A stretch of DNA of 63,800 nt, filler included, from Octopus bimaculoides (Eukaryota), in the NCBI RefSeq assembly GCF_001194135.2. It is 6 parts of 6 records of this genome, joined end to end, with 100 filler letters (N's around TTAATTAATTAA, not from the genome) between each part and the next. Parts side by side here need not be neighbours in the genome. Positions count along the whole stretch, not along the records: positions 16,371 to 45,314 come from NC_068981.1; 5 more parts are not named here. One strand, 5' to 3'. Positions 22,279 to 35,111 of this stretch are shown here, piece after piece; position 1 is the first letter of the stretch, and each line of letters opens with the position of its first letter. A model generated the notes under the pieces. That model searched no databases, had not been told where the DNA came from, and saw only the letters and a list, made by a program, of their open reading frames with translations. The translations under genes and the position numbers were made by a program.

Positions 22279-22692
22279 CATCATCATCATCATCCTCCTC
22301 CTCCTCCTCATCATCGTTTAACGTCCGCCTTCCATACTAGCATGGGTTGGACGATTTGACTGAGGACTGGCGAACCAGATGGCTGCACCAGGCTCCAATC
22401 TGATTTGGCAGAGTTTCTACAGCTGGATGCTCTTCCTAATGCCAACCACTCTGAGAGTGTAGTAAGTGCTTTTACGTGCCACTGGCACGAAGGCCAGTCA
22501 GGCGGTACTGGCAACGGCCATGCTCAAAATGGTATAGTTTATGTGTCACCTGCACAGGAGCCAGTCCAGTGGCACTGGCAATGACGTCGCTCAAATGTTT
22601 TTTCACGTGCCACCGGCACAAGTGCCAGTAAGACGACGCTGGTAACGACCACACTCAAATGGTGCTATTTATGTGCCACTGGCATGGAAGCC
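22279..22692 (-). mobile_element. RTE 3'-UTR-derived element (family D) with four ~65-bp repeats
   Basis: Same tail as 20107-20400. Repeat units start at ~22469, 22537, 22601 and 22667. Confidence 0.85.
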
Positions 22693-22949
22693 TGACAAAC
22701 ATGTTTTAGATATATGAGAACTGAACCCCTAAAATATAGATAGGACAGACATGGCTGTATCGTTAAGAAGATTTCTTTGAAAACATGTGATTTTGAGTTC
22801 AGTCCCACTGTGTGACACTTTGGGTAAGTGTATTCTATAATAGCCTTGGGCTGACCAAAACCTTGTGAGTGAATTTGGTAGACAGAAACTGTGTAGGAGT
22901 CTGTCACACACATGCACGCGCACGTGTGCGAAGCTGTGAATTTGAGTTT

Positions 22950-23463
22950 ACGGAACACAATAACCACATGATTCTGGGTTCAGTCCCACTGCGTGGCACC
23001 TTAGGCAAGTGTCTTCTACTATAGCTTCAGACTGACCAAAGCCTTGTGAGTGGATTTGGCAGATGGAAACTGAAAGAAGCCCATCGTATATAGATCGGAA
23101 NNNNNNNNNNNNNNNNNNNNNNNNNNNNNNNNNNNNNNNNNNNNNNNNNNNNNNNNNNNNNNNNNNNNNNNNNNNNNNNNNNNNNNNNNNNNNNNNNNNN
23201 NNNNNNNNNNNNNNNNNNNNNNNNNNNNNNNNNNNNNNNNNNNNNNNNNNNNNNNNNNNNNNNNNNNNNNNNNNNNNNNNNNNNNNNNNNNNNNNNNNNN
23301 NNNNNNNNNNNNNNNNNNNNNNNNNNNNNNNNNNNNNNNNNNNNNNNNNNNNNNNNNNNNNNNNNNNNNNNNNNNNNNNNNNNNNNNNNNNNNNNNNNNN
23401 NNNNNNNNNNNNNNNNNNNNNNNNNNNNNNNNNNNNNNNNNNNNNNNNNNNNNNNNNNNNNNN

Positions 23464-23496
<33 letters not shown>

Positions 23497-23712
23497 GTGT
23501 GTATATGTTTGTGCGTCTGTGTTTGTCCTCAAACGTCGCTTGACAACCGATGCTGATGTGTTTACGTCCCTGTAACTTAGCGGTTCGGCAGAAGAGACCA
23601 ATAGAATAAGTACTAGGCTTACAAAGAATAAGTCTTGGGGGTCGATTTCTTCGACTAAAAGGTGGTGCTCCAGCATGGCTGCAGTCAAATGACTGAAACA
23701 AGTAAAAGAGTA
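22950..23712 (+). mobile_element. SINE family C spanning a gap (preceded by a second head at ~22745-22915)
   Basis: GGGTTCAGTCCCACTGCGTGGCACCTTAGGCAAGTGTCTTCTACTATAG...[N]...GCAGTCAAATGACTGAAACAAGTAAAAGAG. Confidence 0.8.
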
Positions 23713-23821
23713 AAGAGAGAGAGCATTCTAATGTGGAGCTCACAATTGTCTGGTAGAGGGGTCATCAACCCCTTCTAGTTTGACTATTCCACTAATATTT
23801 AGCATTTTATTCTACTTTCAG

Positions 23822-23881
23822 ACATTTAGTATTACACAAGAGGATCACGAATTGTTTATAAAAGATGAACTCAAGAAAAAG
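23822..23881 (+). CDS. Candidate internal coding exon of an unidentified host gene (TFSITQEDHELFIKDELKKK)
   Basis: Acceptor ttttattctactttcag, 60 nt open in phase 0-0, donor AAG|gtacgt. It lies in non-repetitive sequence. Confidence 0.55.
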
Positions 23882-24144
23882 GTACGTCTTTTAGACAAGA
23901 GCAAATATTTTGAAGAGTTTATTTTTACAATCTTTTTTTTTTTTTTTTTTTGAATTCTTCTGTTTTTAAAGAAAAAGTAAATTAAGAATCTAGTTTTTTT
24001 TGGGGGTATTTTTTTTGTACGGTTCTTATTTTTATGTCACCATGGAAACAAACCTTCATCTTTATAGAATCAATAACTCTAACATGTTTGTTGTAAATCA
24101 ATAAATGATATTTGTTATGGCACTGGGATTATGGCAGGGAGAAT

Positions 24145-24151
24145 GTACTAC

Positions 24152-24192
<41 letters not shown>

Positions 24193-25740
24193 ATGATGAT
24201 GTCCCTGATGATGATGATGGTGGTGGTGGAAGTGGTGGTATTGATGGTTATTGGGATGACGACGATGACGCTGATGATGATGATGCTGGGAACTGTGATA
24301 GGAATGATAATGACATTGAAGATAGTGATGGTGATGATGATGATGATGAGGTCAAGGATAACGATGACGATAGTGATGACAGTGTTGTTGTTGTTGGCAG
24401 TGTTGACGATGATAATGATGATGAGGGTGACAGGGTAGTAGTAGTGGTGGCGGTGATGATGGTTATAATGGTGGCAGCAATGGCAATGATGGTAGATTAA
24501 GGAATCAACAAGGAATGATTCTGAGCACATTTCAAGAACTTTGGAATCAATCAGCTTTACAGAAATTTCGATAAAATTTCTTCCCACAATTTTATTTATT
24601 TATTCATTCATTTATTTATCTATCCATTCATTTATCTATTTATCCATTTATTTATTCATTTATTTATTTATCCATTTATTTATTTATTTATTTATTTCTA
24701 TAACTGAGTGTTCCTTTTTATCATAGGTTTATGGTTGAAATTGTTCCCCCCACATTCAATAGAGGAACATTCCCCAAAGAAGCAAATAATTCTCAGAGGC
24801 CTTTCATATAACTTAGTAAATACAAAAGACAAAAGCTGAAGACAGATGCGCCAATAGAGATAATGCATGTACATGTTCTGAATAGATTAACATAAAGTTT
24901 TCAAGACATTTTCCTTTATGCTAGTCATCCAATGAAGTTCCATCTCTGCATTCAGTGATTTTGCTATGTCTCTCCAAACATTTATTTTCTGTTACAATAT
25001 CTCGCTATTATATTACCAATAGATAGCATTTGATTTCCATGAATCGTTCAGTCCCTTGTAGATTACACAGCACAAATGTTTAAGGAGCTTGATCCATGCA
25101 GAAAAATTTAGATGACAAGAAAAAAAAAAAACCCCCAAAAAATAAACAAACTAAAGAAAAAAAAAAATTTGAGTATTCGACTTTTTTTTTTTAGAAGAAA
25201 ATATAAAGGTATATGCACAATAATGTTGTTGTTGTGGTTGTTGTTGTCATATTTTTGTTGTTCTTGTTTTTTGTTTTCTATGGTTATTGTTGCTGCAGTT
25301 TTTGTTTGTTTGATTGTTAATGGTATTGCTGTTATTCCTATTGTTGTTGTTGTTGTTGTTGTTGCTTTTGTTGTTGTTGTTGTTGTTGTTGTTGCAGTTT
25401 TGTTTTTCTCTCTTCCGCGGTGATTGTTGTTGTTATTGCTAACTTGATTGTTATTGGTACGGCTGTCGTTGTTGTTGTTGTTGTCGTCATCGACGTCGTT
25501 GTTGCTCCTGTTGCTGATGTTGATGGTGGTGGGGAAGATGAAAGATATTGACAATGACAACAATGATGATGATGATATTGTTGACGACGGTGGTGATGAT
25601 GATGATGATGACGATGATTACGACGTTCATGTTGGTGATGACGACGGCAAAGACAATAATGATGATGATAATGATGGTGATGATGATGCTGGTGGTGACG
25701 ATGATGGTGATGATGATGACGATGATGATGACAATACTGG

Positions 25741-25792
<52 letters not shown>

Positions 25793-26015
25793 AATGATGA
25801 TGACGGCGACGACGATGGTGATGATAATGATGATGATCAGAATGGTAGTTGTGATGATGATGATGGTGGTGATGATGATGATGACAATGATGATGACGAC
25901 GGCAATGATGATAGTGATGATGATGATGATGACGACAATGGTGGTGGTGGTGATGATGGTGATGATGATGATGGGGATGGTGGTGATGGTGGTGGTGGTA
26001 GCGATGATGATGATG
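24145..26015. repeat. Compound trinucleotide and tetranucleotide microsatellite region (GCT/GAT/GGT/GTT, ATTT/ATCT)
   Basis: Long degenerate (GAT)n/(GGT)n/(GTT)n tracts at 24145-24500 and 25220-26015 with (ATTT)n at 24590-24700. These produce the poly-D, poly-M and poly-I ORFs. Confidence 0.9.
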
Positions 26016-26310
26016 ATTTTATTTTCTATGAATACAAATTGTATTATCGGAAGAAGTAAGATTCTATATTCCACTTTGGTGCACCAAACAGCTAAAGGAA
26101 CAATAGCAAATAAAATATTGATAACCCTTCAAAAGTTTTCATTACACATGTGTACACACTACACATTGTCTAAAACACATGTATGCACATTCACACAAAC
26201 ATTCTTTTTTTTTTTATTAGCCATATCTAATATTTGTGTATGTTTGCTTGTACTTGTTTGTTTGTATATATTTATTTGTGAGCTTATATGACTGTGTGTG
26301 TGTGTATTTA

Positions 26311-26383
<73 letters not shown>

Positions 26384-27068
26384 NNNNNNNNNNNNNNNNN
26401 NNNNNNNNNNNNNNNNNNNNNNNNNNNNNNNNNNNNNNNNNNNNNNNNNNNNNNNNNNNNNNNNNNNNNNNNNNNNNNNNNNNNNNNNNNNNNNNNNNNN
26501 NNNNNNNNNNNNNNNNNNNNNNNNNNNNNNNNNNNNNNNNNNNNNNNNNNNNNNNNNNNNNNNNNNNNNNNNNNNNNNNNNNNNNNNNNNNNNNNNNNNN
26601 NNNNNNNNNNNNNNNNNNNNNNNNNNNNNNNNNNNNNNNNNNNNNNNNNNNNNNNNNNNNNNNNNNNNNNNNNNNNNNNNNNNNNNNNNNNNNNNNNNNN
26701 NNNNNNNNNNNNNNNNNNNNNNNNNNNNNNNNNNNNNNNNNNNNNNNNNNNNNNNNNNNNNNNNNNNNNNNNNNNNNNNNNNNNNNNNNNNNNNNNNNNN
26801 NNNNNNNNNNNNNNNNNNNNNNNNNNNNNNNNNNNNNNNNNNNNNNNNNNNNNNNNNNNNNNNNNNNNNNNNNNNNNNNNNNNNNNNNNNNNNNNNNNNN
26901 NNNNNNNNNNNNNNNNNNNNNNNNNNNNNNNNNNNNNNNNNNNNNNNNNNNNNNNNNNNNNNNNNNNNNNNNNNNNNNNNNNNNNNNNNNNNNNNNNNNN
27001 NNNNNNNNNNNNNNNNNNNNNNNNNNNNNNNNNNNNNNNNNNNNNNNNNNNNNNNNNNNNNNNNNNNN

Positions 27069-27110
<42 letters not shown>

Positions 27111-27594
27111 TGGAGAAAGAAAGAGCAAAAGAAAAAGAGGAAGAGAGAAAGGGATGTACATAAAGACAAACAGATATAAACACACATACATACATACATA
27201 CATACATACATACATACATACAAACATATATATTTTGTGCGTGTATATGTTATATGTAAGCTCCACAGTCTCATTATTCGCAATATAAATATACATGCAG
27301 ACGCAAATTTGCACAGTCTATGAATATTTTTAAGCAAAAACTATAATATTAGCTTTGTCATGTTACTATCTTTGGATTCATTTGTGCCATATTTCTAACA
27401 ATAAGTTCTGTTGAATTCCTTCGCTACTTCATATTCGGTGTGGCATATTTTAGAATTCTTAAGTGGCTTAGATTGTTTTTACGCAATGTCTAATGAAAGT
27501 CAGTTGATTATGTAGAATCGCAGACAGTCAAGTATATTGGTGACTAAGAAACTGTTTCCAAGTTGTATTGAAGTTATAAAATTTTTATTCCTAA

Positions 27595-28170
27595 TTTAAA
27601 CCTGATTGGACAGACCTATGATCACAGCCATTCTAACCTTGGCCATCTCATCTATTTAAGGGTATCAAGAACCGTAATATATTATGTTCTCTGGATTTTT
27701 AATTATAAATGGAGGGAATTTTATTGCTATTTCTAGTAGCCTAGAGCTCATGCAGTATTGTAATTGTAGTTATGATTCTGGTTGGATCTGATGGAATAGA
27801 CCTATGATTAAAGGTATTCCAACCATGACTATCCTGTTTAATCTGTAGTGTCTAGTATTGCATTATCTAATGTTTATTTAAATTTTTAAGACAGTACACT
27901 GTTACTTAAAGGAAATTTGGCTGCTATTTCCAGCAGGTCAAGCAATGGTTCTTTCAATGGATCTTGCTATATGGAAGATATTATAGAAGCTGTTTAGCAA
28001 TTGAGAAAACCTTTCATCAAATGTGTTCCAGTCATGACCATTGCAACTTTATTCAAATTATAATGCACCCATCCCCTTCCTTTATTAAGCTGGTATGGTA
28101 TAATATGAGGGAGATTTGGGTGCTATTTCTATTAAGATGAATGACCATACCAAGGGCCCCTCATTGGTTG
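27595..28170 (+). repeat. Three tandem degenerate ~190-bp copies of a dispersed repeat (family E)
   Basis: Recurring GACCTATGATCA...CCATTCCA.CCATGACCAT...GGAGATTTGGCTGCTATTTCTAG motifs near 27610/27720, 27800/27915 and 28020/28115. The motif also occurs at 4685, 10030, 14080, 20820 and 50785. Confidence 0.55.
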
Positions 28171-28649
28171 GATCACATGTTCTGTATTGAAGTGCTCCTC
28201 CTTATGGTGATGCTTACAGAGCCTGAAAGATTGTTTGGAGATACATGGCATGTTATATAGCTCTGCCAATTTATTGTATCATTAAAGCATGACACTGTTA
28301 GTAGCTATCTTGTAAATTGTGTATATTAATCTTTTTGTTACCATATTTCTGTTGAAATGCTCTGTGTTTCTTTCAATTAATTTGAAATATAACAAGGAAT
28401 TTTGCAGAATAACTTGGTCATCATTAAGCTAGTGTTAGGAACATAAATTGTGACTAAGGTTTGGTGGAAAATTTTAATTCAGAACTTTTGGAAACAAAAC
28501 AATTGTACTACAAAGCCAGAGGCAATTTCAGGTGGGTTGGTATCAAAAGGTTTAAATTGTATTTATCTCTCACTGGCTGGAGTACTGTTATTGTTGATCC
28601 TACTGAAAATGGAACTGTAAACATATACATATATGTATGTATGTATGTG

Positions 28650-29395
28650 TGTGTGTGTGTGTGTGATCCTCATGCTCGAATAGTGTATTTTACATGCCAC
28701 TGGCACAAGTGCCATTTAGGAGGCACTGGCATCAGTCATGCTCGAATGGTGCTTTTTACATCCCACTGGCATGGGTGCCAATCAGGCGGCGCTGGCATCA
28801 GCCACAACTACGATCTCACTTATCTTGCCAGGTCTTCTCAAGCACAGCATATCTCAAAAGATCTTGGTTGCTTGTCATTGTTTCTGTGAGACCCAACATT
28901 CGAAGGTTGTGCTTCATCACCTCATCCCAGTTCTTCCTGGGTCTACCTCTTCCACAGGTTCCCTCCACTATTGGGATGTGACACTTCTTCACACAGCTGT
29001 CCCCATCCATATGCAACATGACCATACCAGCACAGTTGCATCTCTTGCACAGCACATCTGATGCTTCTTATGTCCTACTTTTCTCTCAAGATGCTTATAC
29101 TCTGTCATACATGCACACTGACATTACACATCTAGTGGAGCATATTAGCTTCCTTTCTTTTAAGCCTAAACATAATCAAGTTTCACTGCTGTGAAGCATG
29201 GCTGTTCACACACAGGCATCATACAGTCTACCTTTCAATTCAAGCGAGAGACCCTTTGTTACCAGCAGAGGTTCCGAGGAGCTCTTTGAACTTTACTCAG
29301 ACTATTCTTATTCTAGCAGCTTCATTCTCAGAACATCCACTTCTGCTACTGACTTGGTCACCTAAGTAATGGAAACTATCAGCTACTTCTAGTTT
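28650..29395 (-). mobile_element. RTE non-LTR retrotransposon 3' fragment (same family as 46569-48666) with 3'-UTR repeats
   Basis: DSCVKKCHIPIVEGTCGRGRPRKNWDEVMKHNLRMLGLTETMTSNQDLLRYAVLEKT matches the translation of 48052-48273. Confidence 0.85.
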
Positions 29396-29399
29396 TTTC

Positions 29400-30178
29400 A
29401 AATTTTGGAAGAAGGCCAGCAATTTTAGTGTAGTTGAGACATTGATATGTAGTAATCAGGAACAAGCTCTGAGAATTACATCAGATTCCAAACATAAGAG
29501 TAGTGAATTGCTCTTTTGTAGGATGTGTGGCATCAAAAACGAAGTGAATGAGTGTAGCAAATTGACCTAAAAAAGAATATAAAAGGAGGCATGTTCACTG
29601 GAGATTGTGTGAGAAGTACGGTCTTGAAAGGGTATTGAAATGGTATGAGCACAACCCAGAAGGTGTCGCCAAGAATAATGGGCATAAGATCTTGTGGGAT
29701 TTTACAATGCAGTGTGATTCAGTGAGTGATGCTTGGAGACCAGAAATTGTAGTAGTTGATAAAAGGAAAAAAGAAACCAAGATCATAGATATTGCCATTC
29801 TTGGGGAAGTACGAGTGGGAGACATGCATCTGGAAAAGATTGAGAATTACAAGCCACTAAAAGATGAGGCTGCATGGATGCATGCAATGAAGAAAGTAAT
29901 TGTCATCCCTGTGGTTGTAGGGGTACTGGAAGCATTAGCAATCAGGTTTGAAAAATTTGTTTGAGAAATTGCAACTGACATGAGGATAGAGCATGCTCAG
30001 AAAACTGCTTTATTGGGAACAGCGAGGATTTTGAGGTTCATACTTGGAGGTTAAGTGTCATAGAAGAAGACCCTGTGAGATCCTTGACAACAGGTTGTTG
30101 TCTACTCTTACAGAATTAATGAAAGCAAGTGAATCAAGAACTCTTAGAAGTGAAATGGGAATAATAATAATAATAATA
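29400..30178 (+). mobile_element. R4/Dong-clade non-LTR retrotransposon 3' fragment (CCHC + REL endonuclease) ending in (TAA)n
   Basis: ETLIC.NQEQALR...CRMCG...ECSKL..KEYKRRH; KWYEH.PEGV...KILWDF..QCD...RPEIVVVDK...KIIDIAI...EKIENY...VIPVVVG...HAQKTALLGTARILR; ATAATAATAATAATA tail. Confidence 0.85.
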
Positions 30179-30565
30179 GTTTATAAAGATTGATATAACT
30201 CTTCATGAAGGAAAACACACAATAAGAAGAGTACAATATGATTTATAATAAACAGAGATTGACTCTGTTTATTGAACTGAACAGTATTTTCACTTCCTTG
30301 GGTTCAAAATGAAAAATGGAAAAAAATGAAGAAATACAGAAAAAAATTCAACATTTGAACTGAAATCATGCATTACTTTTTAGACAAAATGACTTCAAGC
30401 TTTACTCTTTAATAACTGGTAACAAAGAAAAAAAAGGAAAAAGAGAGAAGGAAAGAGAAAGCCGGATAGAGAACACTTAGTCATTAAGTTTTGTGTAAAT
30501 GTGATGGAATTCTCCTGTCATTTTGTTCATTCTTTCACAATGAACATGTCTTGCCTCTCTTGCAG

Positions 30566-30622
30566 CTATTTTGCAGAGTATAATGTTCAGAAACTCAGGT
30601 GGAAGTTTTACTGGGATTAGAG
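30566..30622 (+). CDS. Candidate small exon (ILQSIMFRNSGGSFTGIR); alternative acceptor at 30577
   Basis: Acceptor tcttgcctctcttgcag (or ctattttgcag), donor GAG|gtaatg. One frame is open across 57 nt (phase 1-1). Confidence 0.35.
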
Positions 30623-30899
30623 GTAATGGTTAATATTTCTCTTATATTTTTTGCATCTAAAGTCTACAATAGGTAAATGAGAAAGTATTTGTTTGAAACA
30701 AGGATATTTTTCTGAAATATGCTGGTATCTTTCATGTAACACTTTTGAAATACCAGCATAATTTCAGTGCCAGTTAATCATTAAAGGAATTCAATCATAA
30801 ATTTTACATCAGCTGATAAAATTAGGCTTAAAAGTTTGGCGACCTTGCTAATTTTAGCCACATCATATTTGTGATTTCCTTTAATCGTAATTCACTAAA

Positions 30900-31570
30900 A
30901 CTACATTTGGTATTATGATACACAAAACTATTTGCACATTTCCAATAATCCCATATGTCAATACATACAAATCCATTTTACCCTAAAACTGGGATTTGGG
31001 ATTTGACTTAATTTTATGATGAGGATAAGTATATCAGTGGGGAAGATAAATGTGGGATGTCGTGATTCTGCAAAATGACTCTGTCACTATTTGACTTTCT
31101 GAAAACTTAACTTTTGTGTCCAAAACTCGATGGAAATTTAATATTGGATTTACCCCAAAAATCAAGGGATGTAAGCCCTGTTCATTGTGCAACAGCATGA
31201 GTCAAGTCAATTCCATTCATAGATTATAACATAAACCTAATTTATACAGAACATGGGACCTGTAAAGATTCCCATCTGATATATACACAGCAGAATGCAC
31301 CAAATGCAACTTGATTTCTGCTGGTTACATGACAGAAAATTAAATAAAAGATCCAATGAGCAAAGATATAATATCAGGCACAATAACAGTTGTCTGAAGG
31401 AACTTACCTAAACATTTTTCATCAAATGGCTGTAAATTCTTGGAATACCTGAAAGCATCAGAAAATATTCTGACTCTATTGCACTTTCTGTCCTGAAAAC
31501 CTATGAAGATAAAGATATTTGTGAATTACTAACATCATACCTTGGAGGAATGAACAAAATGACAAAAGAA
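30900..31570 (+). mobile_element. Highly degenerate Penelope-like GIY-YIG remnant
   Basis: Frame-shifted KGCKPCSLCNSM...GTCKDSHLIYTAECTKCNL...NEQRYNIRHNN...EL.KHFSSNGCKF resembles PLE endonucleases. Confidence 0.55.
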
Positions 31571-31849
31571 TTCCATCACATTTATACAGAATTTTTTGAT
31601 TAAATGTTCTCAATCCTGCTTTCTATTTTCCTCTTTCTTCCTTTTTTTCTTTTTACTTGTAACCAGTTATGTAAAAGCAGAAATTAATGATGTCATTTTG
31701 TCTAAAAAGGAATGCATGATTCCAGTTCAAATGTTAACTTTCTGTATTTCTATGATTTTTTTTTTCCATTTTTCATTTTGAACCCAAAGAAGGCAGACAT
31801 ACTGTCAAAATATTGTTCAATTCAATAAACAGTCATTCTCTATTTATTA

Positions 31850-33330
31850 CAAACCATATTGTGCTCTTCTTATGGCGATTGATGTAACCTTTGTGGAGAG
31901 TTACATCAATCTTCATAAATTATCATTTGAGATGCTTCAACCATGATCGTGACTTTGAGATGCTTTGACCATGACAGTGTGAAATGTGTGACCCAAAAGG
32001 TTGATAGAATCCTGAAATATATTCCAACAAATGATCTTGTGGAAACAAGGGACCTGATTAAATCTGCTTCAGCTTTAGTAAGTGAACTGGTTAGGAAAAG
32101 AGAAAGGAAACCATGCACACAGAAGGAGCCATGATGGAAGCAGAGAATCGAAGGTGAGATTAAGACCTTGTGTATAGATCTGAGTTGCATAGAAGAATGA
32201 TTCAAAGAGCAATGGAATCATACTAAAGAAAGTGTGAAGACATATCTGGAAACAAAATACCATATAGAAAGGAAGGGATTCAAAACTGCTACTAAAACCC
32301 TAAAACAATGTATTGAGGCAAAAACATTGAAGGTGTAATGCTACACTGATTGTATATCACAGTTCCAGCAAAACAGATTATTCACAAATAACCAGAGGCA
32401 GTTACTTAACAGCTTGAGTGGGGATACAGGAGATAATATACCTTCTGAAACAGAGGAAACTTACCAATTTTGGAATATCATCTGGGGGCAAGAGGTTTCC
32501 CACAACTACAGTGCTGAGTGGATTTATTCCGTGAGATCTGAATTCCCTTACCCTGAGGCTCCAAAGCAAGATCATGTATGCATAACAACAGAAGATGTAA
32601 TTACACAAGTATCAAAACTGCCAAACTGGAGAATGCCAAATGGAATCCAAGGCTACTGGCTCAAGTGGTTTAGGTCAATATACAAACAAATTGGTTTGCA
32701 ATTAGACAATTTGCCTACTGAATGGTGCAGTTTCAGAATCGATGGTAGAGGGGAAGACAGCATTGTTGATGAAAGATTGGTCAAAGGACAAGGTTGGTAA
32801 TTATTGACCCATTGTTTGTCTTAACCTCTTATGGAAAGTGTTAACAAGCATCCTCACAGGGAAAATATATATGTTCCTTGCGAAAAACAATCTACTTCCA
32901 GAAAAAGAAAAGGGATGCCGAAAAGGATCTGAGGGCACCAAAGACTACCTTGGGATAGACAAGGTCATAAGGAAGAACTGCAAATGGTACCAAAAAAACC
33001 TGTGCATGGCTTGGATAGACTTTAAAAAAGCTTATAAGTTATTGTTGTATTTGTAGATTCTGGAAACACTTAACATGTCTGGAGTTGCTGAGAATGTGCG
33101 CTGCACTGATTAAAAGCAGCATATCTCATTGGAAATCACATCTTTTCTGCAACAACCAGCACCTAGCCAAGGTAACAATCAAAAGAGGTACCTTCCAGAG
33201 AGATTCTTGTTCACCTTTGCTATTTGTTATAGCTTTGGTCCCATTTTCTGGAGTTCTATGCAAAGTCAACACACACTATGAAGTGAGGAAGAACTGACCT
33301 TATATCAACCACCTTCCCTTCATGGATGAT
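31850..33330 (+). mobile_element. R4/Dong-clade non-LTR retrotransposon, N-terminal and RT region, degenerate
   Basis: KEP*WKQRIEGEIK; LPNW...GIQGYWLKWF; LLWKVLTSIL...LLPEKEKGCRKGSEGTKD.L.IDK...NLCMAWIDFKKAY; IKRG.FQ.DS.SPLLFVIAL; INHL.FMDD. Confidence 0.85.
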
Positions 33331-33858
33331 TTTGTCCATTTTTATGTTCCGAGTTCAAATTCTGCTTAGGTCAACTTTGCATTTCATCCTTTTGGGTGGN
33401 NNNNNNNNNNNNNNNNNNNNNNNNNNNNNNNNNNNNNNNNNNNNNNNNNNNNNNNNNNNNGGGGGGTTGATGAAATAAGTTCAAGCTGAGTACTGAGATT
33501 GATGTAACTGACCAGACCCCCACCCCACACACTTCCCTAAATTTCAGGCCTTGCGCTTATAGCAGAAAGGATTATAATTATAATAATAATAATTATTATT
33601 ATTTCTTTAAGGCCCATAAATAAGTTGTGATGCTTTGAGGCCTGCAGTGGTTAAGAAGTCAGGTCACACTGATCTATTCAACCATTTCTGATGACTGCTG
33701 GATTTGTCTTTTCATTTCTGGCATGAAACCATTTGGTAATAAAACTGGTTGTCATCAGGCTAAAATATTATATAAATAGTAATGATATACCCACTCTATT
33801 ACCTAAAATACAAGTACGTAATGCCTGTTATTAACTGACACAGGGAATTTTGGACAAT

Positions 33859-33943
<85 letters not shown>

Positions 33944-35111
33944 TGTATATATATATGTATGTCTGTCTGTATGTATGTAGGTACATACACACATACACGC
34001 ACACACATGCACACATACACATGCACACGTGTACAAGCAGACATACACAGATATGATGTAAACAAAATACCAACTGAAAATCAATCATGTATACATATTA
34101 ACATATATGTGTGTGTGTGTGTGTATATATATATGTGTATATATATNNNNNNNNNNNNNNNNNNNNNNNNNNNNNNNNNNNNNNNNNNNNNNNNNNNNNN
34201 NNNNNNNNNNNNNNNNNNNNNNNNNNNNNNNNNNNNNNNNNNNNNNNNNNNNNNNNNNNNNNNNNNNNNNNNNNNNNNNNNNNNNNNNNNNNNNNNNNNN
34301 NNNNNNNNNNNNNNNNNNNNNNNNNNNNNNNNNNNNNNNNNNNNNNNNNNNNNNNNNNNNNNNNNNNNNNNNNNNNNNNNNNNNNNNNNNNNNNNNNNNN
34401 NNNNNNNNNNNNNNNNNNNNNNNNNNNNNNNNNNNNNNNNNNNNNNNNNNNNNNNNNNNNNNNNNNNNNNNNNNNNNNNNNNNNNNNNNNNNNNNNNNNN
34501 NNNNNNNNNNNNNNNNNNNNNNNNNNNNNNNNNNNNNNNNNNNNNNNNNNNNNNNNNNNNNNNNNNNNNNNNNNNNNNNNNNNNNNNNNNNNNNNNNNNN
34601 NNNNNNNNNNNNNNNNNNNNNNNNNNNNNNNNNNNNNNNNNNNNNNNNNNNNNNNNNNNNNNNNNNNNNNNNNNNNNNNNNNNNNNNNNNNNNNNNNNNN
34701 NNNNNNNNNNNNNNNNNNNNNNNNNNNNNNNNNNNNNNNNNNNNNNNNNNNNNNNNNNNNNNNNNNNNNNNNNNNNNNNNNNNNNNNNNNNNNNNNNNNN
34801 NNNNNNNNNNNNNNNNNNNNNNNNNNNNNNNNNNNNNNNNNNNNNNNNNNNNNNNNNNNNNNNNNNNNNNNNNNNNNNNNNNNNNNNNNNNNNNNNNNNN
34901 NNNNNNNNNNNNNNNNNNNNNNNNNNNNNNNNATACCTAACATAAAGCAAAACAGTTATTTCATAAACAAAGCCAAAATATCGTACATTTTGACTACCAT
35001 CTTTTTAGCAGTAAATATCCTGCACTACAGTTCTCTACAAATGTTGGGTTTAATATTTAAAACACAGAAAATGATCTTTATAATACAATATATATATCTC
35101 ATATACAATAT

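Noticed and set aside
22469-22692. CRISPR-like repeat array
   Set aside because: Eukaryotic context. The units are whole degenerate tandem repeats of an RTE 3'-UTR with no unique spacers or cas genes.
25448-26059. Poly-Asp ORF resembling acidic biomineralisation proteins
   Set aside because: Pure (GAT)n-type microsatellite with equally long junk ORFs in other frames and on the other strand. There is no signal peptide or credible splice context.
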